Below, piece after piece: positions 13,230 to 25,070 of a DNA stretch of 64,000 nucleotides. The notes under the pieces are model-generated. The model saw only the letters and a list, made by a program, of their open reading frames with translations. It ran no database searches and was not told the DNA's origin. Source of the DNA: Chara braunii. Taxonomy: Eukaryota > Plantae > Charophyceae. The DNA is taken from contig BFEA01000032.1 of assembly GCA_003427395.1 (NCBI GenBank), forward strand, positions 2,706,826 to 2,770,825, in the 5' to 3' direction. The translations under genes were made by a program, and so were the position numbers. Each line of letters starts with the position of its first letter. Within the stretch, counting starts at the first letter, position 1.

Positions 13230-13650
13230 TCTTATAGCGGTGTCAAGCGCATCGGTCCTGCAGGGGGATCCTCCCGGCCGCTTCACGGAGGATTTTGCAG
13301 GACTTGTCGCGGAGAGAATTTGCCACTCCAGCGAAGTGTGTCAGGCGTGCCTCTCACGAGCCCCTACGACAAGATAAGGCCATGCGAGGCACAACTTACC
13401 TCCACCCGCGGGAGATGTCGCCATCCCTTAGGTGGGCCTATCCCCGCCGAGCTACCGAGCCACATGTGAAGGTTTTTCATATGCAATCGTAGAGGTGGCC
13501 CAGCTGAGGGTGTTTCTCGTTCGCTGTAGCATAGGGGGTACGCGCGGTTAATGCCTGAATTGGACCCGCGCGCAAATCGTCGCACACAATGATGATCTCT
13601 TCAATGCGATCCTACGCTGATCGACTAGGACGGCCATCTTAACCACGCGA
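13230..13650 (+). repeat. Conserved ~400-bp non-coding module, copy 1
   Basis: Collinear with 16170-16590 and with the reverse complement of 30570-31050 (e.g. TGTCAAGCGCATCGGTCC, CCCCTACGA, CCATCCCTTAGGTGGGC, GCAATCGYAGAGGTGG). Confidence 0.85.
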
Positions 13651-14093
13651 TACACTGTTCAACTAAAACTTTGAGTCTACTTATAATATCGCGCCTAGTT
13701 TCTTTTTCCGCTCGACCCGTAACTGCTTTCGCATTTTAGCACAAAGATGTTGCACGCAAGGCTTCGCATAAATAATCGTCGCTTTGCAGGGCTCTATCAT
13801 AATGACTAGTCATGCGTGAACATGTGAGCAATAGCGATGATGGAGTACTATGTACTGCCCATAAACATGCGATCCCCTTTAAATCGTTGGATTGCATTCG
13901 ACGCTCGGGTGCCGTCTGACGGGCGCGCAGAAAGGTCAGTCCTTAGCGAGCGCAGAAGCAAACCGAGCACCCTGTCATCTTCTGCACCCTATTGTGCCCC
14001 AAATGGGGTAGGATAGTATGACAGAAGGGAACTTGAAATGATGGTGAGTTGTCTAGCGCAATACCAACAGCACGTTAACCCTTCTACTCAGTG

Positions 14094-14317
14094 CTACGTG
14101 GCACCCTGGGCCGCGGATCCTGCGACCCAGTCCGAGCCACGCGGCCGCGCCACGGCCCAGTGGGGGTGCGCGCGGGAAATCGTCGTGTGGCCTCGGCCTG
14201 CGCACGTCCTCCTCTAGAGGACTGCGCTTTCAAAAATATATATATATATTTTTTTGAGGGGGGGGTGATTTTTTATGAGTGAGAAAATTAATTAAAAAAT
14301 AGAAAAAAAAATATTCG

Positions 14318-14363
<46 letters not shown>

Positions 14364-14364
14364 A

Positions 14365-14396
<32 letters not shown>

Positions 14397-14415
14397 ATTG
14401 ATTGATGATTGATTA

Positions 14416-14446
<31 letters not shown>

Positions 14447-14459
14447 AAATGATTGATGG

Positions 14460-14508
<49 letters not shown>

Positions 14509-14598
14509 CGATTGAATTTTTTTTTTTGATCGATTGATTGATTGATTCATTGGTTGGTTGGTTGGGGGACGGTCGCCCAACCCCCCCTCCTCCGCGCC

Positions 14599-14654
<56 letters not shown>

Positions 14655-15074
14655 NNNNNNNNNNNNNNNNNNNNNNNNNNNNNNNNNNNNNNNNNNNNNN
14701 NNNNNNNNNNNNNNNNNNNNNNNNNNNNNNNNNNNNNNNNNNNNNNNNNNNNNNNNNNNNNNNNNNNNNNNNNNNNNNNNNNNNNNNNNNNNNNNNNNNN
14801 NNNNNNNNNNNNNNNNNNNNNNNNNNNNNNNNNNNNNNNNNNNNNNNNNNNNNNNNNNNNNNNNNNNNNNNNNNNNNNNNNNNNNNNNNNNNNNNNNNNN
14901 NNNNNNNNNNNNNNNNNNNNNNNNNNNNNNNNNNNNNNNNNNNNNNNNNNNNNNNNNNNNNNNNNNNNNNNNNNNNNNNNNNNNNNNNNNNNNNNNNNNN
15001 NNNNNNNNNNNNNNNNNNNNNNNNNNNNNNNNNNNNNNNNNNNNNNNNNNNNNNNNNNNNNNNNNNNNNNNNNN

Positions 15075-15161
<87 letters not shown>

Positions 15162-15253
15162 ACGCGCGCGCACGCTCCCACGCAGCGCAGCTCCCTCACT
15201 CTCCCGCGCGCACACACACACACACACACATCACACACACATGCGCACATAAA

Positions 15254-15292
<39 letters not shown>

Positions 15293-15296
15293 ACAC

Positions 15297-15349
<53 letters not shown>

Positions 15350-15763
15350 CTTTTTTTTTTTTTCCTTTTAAAATTTTGCATCTGCATTTTTTTTAAACAC
15401 CTCATTTCCCTGCAAAAAATAAAAATTCAATTCTAAAAAAATACAGGTGTACTCAGGGACCATATATCTCATGATAAAAAATGGCAAAAAAATTTTTTTG
15501 CTTTTCTTTATATTTGTTTTTTAATTTTGTTTAAATCGATTTTAGTTTTTGATTTTTTTAAAATCTTAAACAAAGTCGGATTCCAAAAAAAAAAAATAGG
15601 AGTGTAAGGTTTTTCAAACCCTATACCCCCATATTTTTTTATTGTTTTTTGACGTATTTTTAGGGGGGGTGGGGGGGGAATATTGAAAAACCAGGCCACG
15701 TACTAGGCCTCATCGGCTGCAGCGGCCGAAATTCCCGCGGCCTAGGCCGCGGGTGTCACATAG
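14094..15763. mobile_element. Non-autonomous TIR DNA transposon filled with microsatellites (contains an assembly gap)
   Basis: Termini CTACGTGGCACCC / GGGTGTCACATAG, GC-rich subtermini, internal (TTGA)n, (CT)n, (CA)n and (TCAA)n. Flanks ACTCAGTG / CAACAGTG are only a partial TSD. Confidence 0.6.
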
Positions 15764-16169
15764 CAACAGTGTAATTGTTCGTAGGCCTTGGCCTATGCAA
15801 AACATGTGTGTGCGCCGACTATGACAGTCGCACGCAGGGAAATGGCCAAGTCGCACATCGTCCCTTTGCTAGTGTCCGACCCATTACTTATTCCGCGCGA
15901 AACTTCAGGTGTAGCTTGTGTGCGAAACTGCTTAAGAGGGATGGGTGTGTGAGATAAATCATAATATTCAATTATGTGAACTCCTGCAACCAACTGTCAT
16001 GGCGACACTCCACGCTTTACCCACAATCGCTCAATCCTTCGGGGGCTTCAGCGTTACGCACGACGTTCGAGTATTAGAGATAAGATGTCGTGAAAGGAAT
16101 TTCCTTCACGATATTGTACAGCCGAAGGATAAACCGTTCATCCCTCACGGCACCTCTGTCTCTTAGGCA

Positions 16170-16590
16170 AAGCGCTGTCAAGCGCATCGGTCCCACAAGG
16201 AGGACCCTCCCGACCGAGTCATGCAGGATTTTCAAAGGACTTGTCTTGTAGAGCGTTGCCGCTTCGTCCAAGTGCGTCAGCCATACCTCTCGCAAACCCC
16301 TACGATATGATAGGGTCACATGAGGTACAACTTTCCTCCACCCGTGGGAGCTCTCACCATCCCTTAGGTGGGCATATCCCCACGGAGCTATCGAACCACA
16401 TACGAAGGTTTTTCGTACGCAATCGCAGAGGTGGCACAACCGAGGGCATTTCTTATTCATTGTAGCATAGGGGGTAAGCACTGTTAATGTCCGAATCGGA
16501 CCCATGCACAAATCGTCGTCCGAGGTGCCAATCTTTCGAACGTGATCCTACGTCGGTCGACTAGGACAGTCAAATCTAACCACGTGATAC
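16170..16590 (+). repeat. Conserved ~400-bp non-coding module, copy 2
   Basis: Direct homolog of 13230-13650. Confidence 0.85.
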
Positions 16591-18375
16591 ATCTCACGGA
16601 AATAAAATCCAACTTCGTACGTAAATCGCCCCTAGTCTCTTTTTCCACATCTAATCTATAACTTTCAATAAAAGAATTAGGTGAGTATCGCGTGTGAAAC
16701 TCTTGAATAAATATCACAGTGACATGAATTTTATCACGACTAGCCATACATGAATACGCAAGCGGTCGAGAGGATGAAGTACTATGCAGTACCCACAACC
16801 ACGCGATCCTCAATAATTTTGCGGGCCGCATTCGACATGCGTCATGAAGGGTTAATCTCTTTACGCCAGACAATCCCAAGTACGATTGCGGGACATACCC
16901 TCTTTTGCACACTGCGAAAAGGAGGGGTAGGCGGTCTCGGCCCGTTGTGGCGGCCAAACGCCTCTAATCCTGAAAGTGGGGCTCCATCTTCAGAGGCCTG
17001 GAAACAAGTCATGGGGTTTGACTTTGACGGCCGCCACGGACCTCAACGTCCAACTATAAAAATCTAAAAAGCAGAAGTAAAAGGGACCTCATTTTCTCTT
17101 GGCACAAATTTACTCAATCCTTACGTACGATCAAAGTAGACTTTTCGTATACGCAAAATATAAATATAACGAGGTTATACAACACGAGGTGATCACTCTC
17201 ATAATCACAGTGTGATTTCTTTCAAAATATACACATAATCGCAAGCACATCCAAATCCAAACTTCGACTCATAAAAAAATACATGCACTCACACCAAGAT
17301 TCAATCATCGACATACCACTCACTACACGGGGTCAACTTCAATCAACCTCTGCACTCACACCCCTTGCCATATGCACACAAGCCTCAACCTTTGTCCAAT
17401 CTTCCAAAAGAATCCACTCAGTCTCTTTTTAAATGACCATTTAATAAAAGTTTAGGTAATAACCCAAAGAAACAATTCAAACCACAATGGTTAAGACCTT
17501 AGGTTGAGTAGCGAGAATGAGTTAGAGTTGAGCTGGAAACCGACCCGTTCTCAAAAGATAACAGAAGATGATCCTCATAGGGTCAACTTGAAGTTAGTCA
17601 AGCCACGAGATAATCTGAATGAAAATGACATGCAACACAACACAAGTCAGTGTCAAAGCTATGATTGAGTGAGTATGAAATACTCAACCTTCCTACCTCA
17701 CCTCTTATATCTGCCTTAAAATACTAGGAATTTCGGCAATATCTCCCCTAAAGCAAAGACATATTGTCAAACTTTCAAAGTTCTAAAATATTCTAACTCA
17801 TCTACATTTCAGAAAATTTCATCAGCGCTTCCCGTAGGAAAAATACCTTTATAGAATTTATATAGGACTGGATATGAAATTTAAAGGTGATCTTTAATTT
17901 TACAGAATCAAATTTTGTCTAACTCCCTGAATCAATAAAAATTTAGGCAGTATCTCTTTTAGAGAAGTAGGTTTCCCAGATGTATGCTAAGTCAGATATG
18001 AACTTAAGATAAAACTTGAATTTTGTAAAGACAAAATTTGACTAACTCCTTGGTTTTGCAAAGTTTTGTGTAACACTTCCCTTAGCAAAAATGTCTTTCC
18101 AAAATTTATACAAAGCCAAGTACAGGAAATAGACTTAACTTAAAAAATGCAAAAATCGAACCCACTTCTATAACTCCAGCACGTGCCGAACATCTAAAAC
18201 AACTACCTATCAAAGCTAACACTCATAACAAGTAGAGCTCACACTCAATCACATGCAAGTTCATACCACAATGAGTAAGTTGCCTCACAAAAATCCCAAG
18301 TTTTTAATCTCATAAATAGTTCATTGCCTCTCGGCTAGATAAACCTCAATACCCTTGCTTACATATGGCATAAGA

Positions 18376-19255
18376 AGGTTAAGCCAAACCGAAGCTACAT
18401 TGCTTAACCTTTGTCTTTGTATACACAAACAGAAGATACGACCACTTCTCTTTTCATTAGATAGTTAACTAGACCAAGCCGAAGTCACATTGTCTACTCC
18501 TGCTAAGTGTTTAATATCCAAGTTATAATATATTTTTAAATCTTTAATTTTTTAAAGACTAAGCCTGAGTCAAACCGAAGCCACATTTCTCGGTACGCTT
18601 TAGGTTACACTCTTTATATTCTTAACTAAGTATTTTCTTCCTTTTTGTAATAAGCTATAGTCAGACCAAACTGAAGCCACATTGTTTGACTAACTTTATT
18701 CAATAATAAAATTATAATATATTTAATATTTATATAGTAAGTTATATTTTCATATTCTTATTTTATGTGTATGACTTTAGACTAAACCAAACCGAAGCCA
18801 CATTGCGTAGTCATCATTCCAAACCTCCCACAGGAAAAAATAGTACTTGGATCTGACGAAAGCCACATTACCCAACTCTTAAACTCTTTCAACAGTCAAA
18901 TTACCACAAGAACAACAACCAGACCTGACCGAAGTCACATTGTCCGGTCCGAGTAAGGAACAGAATGACATAGCATAGTCAGCTAGGCCAAACACAAAGC
19001 CACATTGCCTAGCTGCATGGATAACAACTTACAGGGTATGACAATCAGACTTGATCGTGGCCACATTATCTGATTGTCAAGAAAACGAACAATACAACAT
19101 CTAAGCCCGACCGAAGTCACATTGCCTGGTTGTAAAGAAGACACGTCAACAAAAATTACAGCAACTAGACATGATCGAAACCCCATTGTCTAGTTGCAGA
19201 GGAAAACATAATAAACAAAGAGATCAGGTCAAACCGAAGTCATATTGCTTAACCC
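18376..19255 (-). repeat. Hairpin array A: 12 stem-loops with conserved apex (+ strand consensus CAAACCGAAGYCACATT)
   Basis: Units near 18376, 18470, 18561, 18658, 18780, 18845, 18918, 18980, 19040, 19093, 19161 and 19223, most flanked by a unit-specific inverted repeat. Confidence 0.9.
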
Positions 19256-20881
19256 TTTGGAGACCTAATCAATGCAAACAAAACTACATTTCTCCCACCT
19301 TCCCCCAATGCATCCCTCTTTGTCTGGATTCAAACAATGAAAATAGTACATAAATTTCACGTGTCCATTTCTTTTATTTACTCTGAATTAAGTTCTTAAT
19401 AAACCAGAATCTATAGGGATACACACATACAGAGAATTCAGCATAGAGAGGTATATTGATAGGGGATTAGCGAGTTTCACACTAGACAAAAATGGTGTAC
19501 CTGGTTGTTCCCTGTCTCCAGAACTCCTCTTGAGTTCCGGTAGAGCTCCCGCAATCAGTGGGTGGATCTCTCACAAAGTCGTGTTGCGGTCTTGTGGGTT
19601 GTAATCCCACCTTCCGCCTTCCTATTCGAACCACAAATTAGACTTAGAGTAAGAAGAACAAGAAGGGGTATCAGACTCTCGAGATACAAGAAGGTGCCAA
19701 CTCAACTCGCATGAGAGAGCCTTGGTATCTTGACGTGCCTGAGAGTTCCTCAATGGTGGTCAAACGCGTAACAAGTCAGCCAACCGAAATCAAACTGATA
19801 AAAAAAAAAACCGTGTAGCAGCACCCTGACGGCTCTCCACTTGGTGGCAATGATCCTCTTGCAGAAGCCTGACCTTCCCCTTTAACCACCGTACTCCATC
19901 CTCTGACTAGAATGCAGTTACGTTGTCGGGATAGAAACCCTGACAAGGGTATTTACCCTGTATTTTCAATGTCGGACACTGTCCGATTTCTAAAGTAAGT
20001 TTTGTTGAAAATATTTGGTCTGGTGAAATGGAAACACTGCTGAAAGGTATTCCGGCTTGTCTGCGATTGAAGAAATCTAATTTATGTATCCGTCTATCTG
20101 CCGACAGACATAACGACAAGGGTGGACGGTGTAACCGGACACTCTTACGTTGAAATAGGGCCGGAAAGAGAGAGACGACAGTGAAAACACTAAAATAAAT
20201 ATCGTAATAGCCGCGCGATTCAGGACTAGAAAGACAAAAAATTAGTCACGCCAGGGGTGCAGCGACGAAAGGAAGGGCTAACATGGCCAAAGTGTCGTGT
20301 CATTCCTAAAGGAAAGGACCGTCAGGGATCCGAGGGCAAACATATGGGATTGTCGGGCCTACGAGATTAAGCCTAGCCGGCAGGATGGCAGGGAGACTGC
20401 CTTGGGAAGGGGTAGGCAGACTGCATCTGCCTAGACCAGGGGAAGGCAGGACTGCGCTTGCCAAGGTCAGGAAATAGGCGGCCTACAGGGCCGCAACCCT
20501 TCAAATAGAAGGGTGGCAGGTATAGCTCACGTGATAGGAGCTAGCCCAGTAGGTACCGCACTCAACTTCCACCTAGCAGACGCTGGGATTGAGCCCGGCG
20601 ATATGGTACCAGAGCTAGCTCCTTTTTGGAGTGGCCAACCGTGCAAGCATGAAGCGTGACCATTTTCGGCCGCGAGATCGTCAGATCTCACGGTTGAAAA
20701 CGGTCGCGTGGATACATCATGGCCCCTGCACAAGGATGACACGCACAAATCGAGGGATGGCCCAATTTTTTCCGATTCCCTAATGGGAATCGAACTCGGG
20801 TCCGACACATCGGAGGGGAAGGGGAAGACGTCAGCAAGGCGTAGTACTGGCCGTTGGCTTATGCCAACAGCATTCTTACTG

Positions 20882-20914
<33 letters not shown>

Positions 20915-21645
20915 GGGAGAAGCAGACAACGCCAAATGACGCCTACAAAAGTGGCAGGGGACTTAGTGTCCCCAGAGGAAACCTGCAGGCGCCTATTGAA
21001 AACGGGCTGCCGTTTTTTTAGGTAAGACAATTTGTTTTTTTTTCTTTTCTTTTGTTAGATTTCTTAGTTATATTCTTAGATCTTCTTTTAAATTTTCTTT
21101 TTCAGATTTTTTGTTCGTTTCACGAGTTACTGGAAACGCCCTTTAATCGAAAAAGATAAACGGGCAATGGCCACCTACCTGCAAACTGGCCACGCCGTTT
21201 CCATTGACAGGTGGAGCAAAATCGAATGAACCTACGTTAGAAAACGAGGGAATACGCTGCCAACTGTGTGTGTGTGAGAAAATGAAGGGGGAAAACACTT
21301 ACTTGGCGTTTGGCCTCACGCAACTTCCAACAATAGGATGAGCGAAATTGGGATGAATCTTTGCCCAGAACATGGAAATATACGCCTACCACCAGCACCT
21401 TCCCATCCAAAGTAGCCTGTACTTCGCCAGCTTTGGTCTGGACCATGTGTTATAAGAACAGTGGAGTCAGTATGCTTGACCACACGTGAATACACATAAC
21501 CGTGCTATCACGGCGAAACCATATGTGAAATCTCGCCTCGACTTGAAACCTCCGAAAGATAAACATAAAGAAACGAGGTGCGCCACAGCTGCGGCTATGG
21601 CACCGCCCACCCTCTCCGCCAAACCAGAGAGTGAACGTCTGGCAA

Positions 21646-21692
21646 TCCCCAACTAGTTTCGGTTACCGCCAGTCGTAGCCTCATCAGGGGGA
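21646..21692 (-). ncRNA. Minimal type I hammerhead ribozyme of the Penelope-like element
   Basis: Minus strand: UCCCC-CUGAUGA-GGCUAC GACUGGCG GUAACC-GAAAC UA GUU-GGGGA. Stem I UCCCC/GGGGA, intact catalytic boxes, very short palindromic stem III. Confidence 0.85.
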
Positions 21693-22356
21693 ACGAGATA
21701 TCCGACAATTCCTACTTTCTCGCCTATATGCTACGTTGGTTGTCGTATCGACCATCCTAATTCGTAGTATCGGCCCCCCGCAGTGTCTTTTCCCGCCTGA
21801 TTCTTCCTCCGAGGTCCTGACCTGTTGCCTTTACTTCTTCGTCCGTTTTCCAACTTCGGCCTACCCCCACGCGGTCCGCAGTAGCTCAGTTCACAGTATC
21901 CTGACTCTCCAACATGTTTCTTACATCCGAAAAAAACGACCAGATACTCCTTTCAGGCCATTGCTCTTGGAAACGGCGCGATCTTACTAAGCGCTCCGAC
22001 ATATTTGCCTCATGGTTCATAGCGCCCCTGTCCTCGTGCCCTGGTCCAGTAATACCTCAGATCCTACAACGAGGACAAAAAGCAAAAAACAAAATAAAAA
22101 AACAAAAACAAAAAACACAGGTAGTTGCTCCGGGTTTGAAAAGGTTCCAGGTCCCCCGTGCTCCCATCCGGTAACCCTGTGGCTGAAGCCCCTTCTTCCC
22201 AGGTCCTATTCGGTCCATCAAAAACCATTACCCATAAGTAAATACGTAAATAAATAAATAAATAAATAGCTACACAGTTGCCTCGATAAATAATAATAGT
22301 CCATAAATATTCACTGATCCTTATCAGCCGTCCATATTTCTGTTTTCGCGCCTTCG

Positions 22357-24504
22357 TCACCACTTCCCCAGCATTCTGCCCCACTTTTTCCATGTTGGGG
22401 CATGTTTTCGAATGAAATTATTTAGACAGCTATTGAAAATCTCCCTCGGGTAACTCTGTCTCCGAAGCTGTCTTTTCAAGGTCAATAGCCCCAGTCCAGC
22501 GAGCTCATCAGAGGAGGATCTGCTCTTGATCCTGTGCATAACGCTGGTTACTACCGCTTTCTTCTGCCTCCGGGTCGAGTAAGACTCGAAATCTTGCATT
22601 GTTCTGAAGACCAATCTCCCCTCTCCCCAGACCTGATTGAAGTTTTTCGGATAACATTGACACGTTACCTCATTCTTCCGAATTTTCATCCTCGTCCCCA
22701 GGAAATCCCAGTTTCCTCTTCCTTCATCAGTCCGTTTCAGGACCACATTCTTATCATACGCAACTTCAAATTCTTCCATAATACGTTGTTGTCTCGCTTC
22801 ACCACCCTTGATTGGGCACCAAACCAGGATGGTGACGTCATTAATCAATCTAAACCCTTTTACCAGACTCCGATCAGCGCCCAGGCTGGTCAGAAACCTC
22901 CATTCATTCATTGCACACAGTATGCATGCCAACGGGGGGCTGCTACTCTTCCCCATCGGTATTCCAACCTGCTGCTGAATCAGCCGATTGGAAGCAAACA
23001 CGAAAGTATGCTTTAGCTCATGCTCCACCATATCCCTTATCATTACGAAACTAATTTTCATCCACCAATCGTCGCCTTCCTTCCTTGCAAACGTCGCCCC
23101 CTTTCCCCTCCTTCGTATGCTCAATTGATTCCTTCCCTTCTGTCTGTACCAGCTCAACAACCAGTCTACTGCAGTCAAGATCGACTCATGAGGGAGTTGG
23201 CTGAACATCTCCTTGATGTCAAACGCAGCTCCCCTCACTTCCCCTTCCCCTTTCCTCCTAACCCATTCATTCGCTTCCCGTACGAGGTCCTTCAGAAGTC
23301 CCGTCGCTTTCAGGTTGAAATGCATCGACTTCGGAAGGAGGAGCAGCAAGTGGTTTAACGCCCGAGCCACCCTTCCTCCCGCAGTCTTTGATGGTTCCGA
23401 GTAAGACTGGCTAATCGGTCGGAAGCGACAAATGTCCTTATGTTTTGGTATGATGTAAGGTCGTCCGCACCTCCCTTGGTTATCCCACCGCCCCAATTCC
23501 GTCAATCCTCTCCGTTTGTAATCCATTTCACATTTTACCAAGATTTCTGCCTCGCTTTCCCAAACAGCCGAAAAAATGTTGTTACCCCAAAACATCTCGC
23601 GCATTCCATTGGCGTAAACTACCGGGCACATTATGACTGTTTCGGCCGGATTTCTGTCCACTGTCGAGCACACTAGCCGGGTGTACCGCCCTTTACAATC
23701 CAATACTTCCTTTTTACTGTCCACCCTCTGGTCCCGTCGCCCGTTCAGGCATTTTATGACATCATCCAGTCCCACAACTTGTTTTATCCCCATTCTTATT
23801 AAGCTATCATTTATTTCCTGCATCATTACCCGCTTCCCAAGTCCATTCCCATTGCTTGCAACATTCCTAGCATTCTTGACAAAGTCGGGTACGTGTTCCA
23901 GGTCACTCATCCTGCATTGCACATGACCCTCCCAACGTGGGAGGGCTTCGTCCGCACAGTCGCAGNCAACCACCTTCCGCTGCGAAGCAGCCCTATGGTT
24001 ATGGAGCAACTCACCAACGNTGGAGTTCTTCTTCCAGGTCATCCTGAGTCGCCCACATGTGTATGCAGCCAGTGCATCCGGGAACTCTGCCCGGATCCTA
24101 TCAGACACTAATCTCCGAACGGTTTGCATGGACACNTTNTGGTCATATGTAATAGATACACAAAAATTATTTCGGATATTAAACCCGAATTTCTTCCAAA
24201 TCACTCCGGCTAGCGTGTCTCGAAGTAGATTTCGAGTACTTTGTCTCGAGAACAGGTTGGTTCCTTCAACGAGTTGTATTAATCTTCCGACATCATAGCT
24301 GTAAAGTTTCTTCTTATACCAGGGGTTCCTTATAACCTGGTACAACTCCCGCTTATCCTTCATTTTCGCGGCAGACAACCTTCTTAACTGTAGTTTGATC
24401 AACTTGAAAATCCCCCCGGCTTCAAAATCCTTCCTCATCTCTGCCATCCGTTTCTCCGTGTTCCCACATCTAATCAAGCTGTCACCCAACTCCTTGGTAA
24501 TCAA
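22357..24504 (-). pseudogene. Penelope-like element reverse transcriptase (5'-truncated; catalytic DD reads ND)
   Basis: YIIPKHKD..RFRPI, AAFDIKEMFSQLPH, QQVGIPMGKSSSPPLA, RLINDV, WDFLG; no endonuclease after the thumb region. Confidence 0.85.
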
Positions 24505-24923
24505 CCCCTATTTTTGGCCCCATATTGTTCCCCTTTCCTAACTGCGATTGAGGGCCGGTGCAATCGAGGTGAGTGTTAGTTTTTTTTTTTTTTTTTTTTT
24601 TAAGTTATTTTCTCCCCGTTTCCTAATCGTTGTTGAGTGTTGGAACGGGGAGAGGACTGGAGCAGGTTGCAACAAGACCAAAAATTGAGAAAAAAAAAAA
24701 AAAAAAGCAACGAGGTAACTGCTTCGTGGGGGAAAAAAAAAAAAGAACGGCCTTTTTTAGGCTGTGTGGGTGCAAGCTCAACTGCCCACTCAGAACGGTG
24801 CGAATAATCGTGACCGTGAGATCTGGAATCTCGCGGCTCACGATACGCGCGTGAAGGAGGGATTAAGGGAGTTGGATGAAGGAGGTTGAAGAGAGGGAGA
24901 AGGGGAACGTGAGAGTTGGGAGG

Positions 24924-25070
24924 GGGAGGTCCTACTCCTCCCAACCTGCCAACTACCCTTCCCGTTTTCAGGGGAGGTCCTACTCCTCCCAACCTGCCAA
25001 CTACCCTTCCCGTTTTCAAGGGAGGTCCCACTCCTCCCAACCTGCCAACTACCCTTCCCGTTTTCAGGGG
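24924..25070. repeat. 48-bp tandem repeat x3
   Basis: GGTCC anchors at 24928, 24976 and 25024; unit GGAGGTCCTACTCCTCCCAACCTGCCAACTACCCTTCCCGTTTTCARG. Confidence 0.95.

Larger units (their letters stand above)
15995..20118 (-). mobile_element. Non-coding LTR-like element A containing hairpin array A
   Basis: Starts TGTCATGG and ends near GACA. Blocks 17490-17585, 18350-18375 and 19505-19760 are collinear homologs of 37970-38065, 38818-38842 and 40157-40418. No ORFs. Boundaries and TSD not confirmed; strand inferred from UUCG loops. Confidence 0.5.

Noticed and set aside
18376-19255. CRISPR array
   Set aside because: The repeat is only ~17 nt and degenerate, spacing is irregular, the flanks pair around the repeat, there are no cas genes, and the context is eukaryotic.
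20604-20615. TGGTACCAGAGC resembling a tRNA-iMet primer-binding site
   Set aside because: One mismatch, not preceded by an LTR-ending CA, and no gag downstream.
20660-20690. Possible hammerhead core CUGACGA...GAAA on the minus strand
   Set aside because: Stem II cannot pair convincingly and no stems I/III were found.
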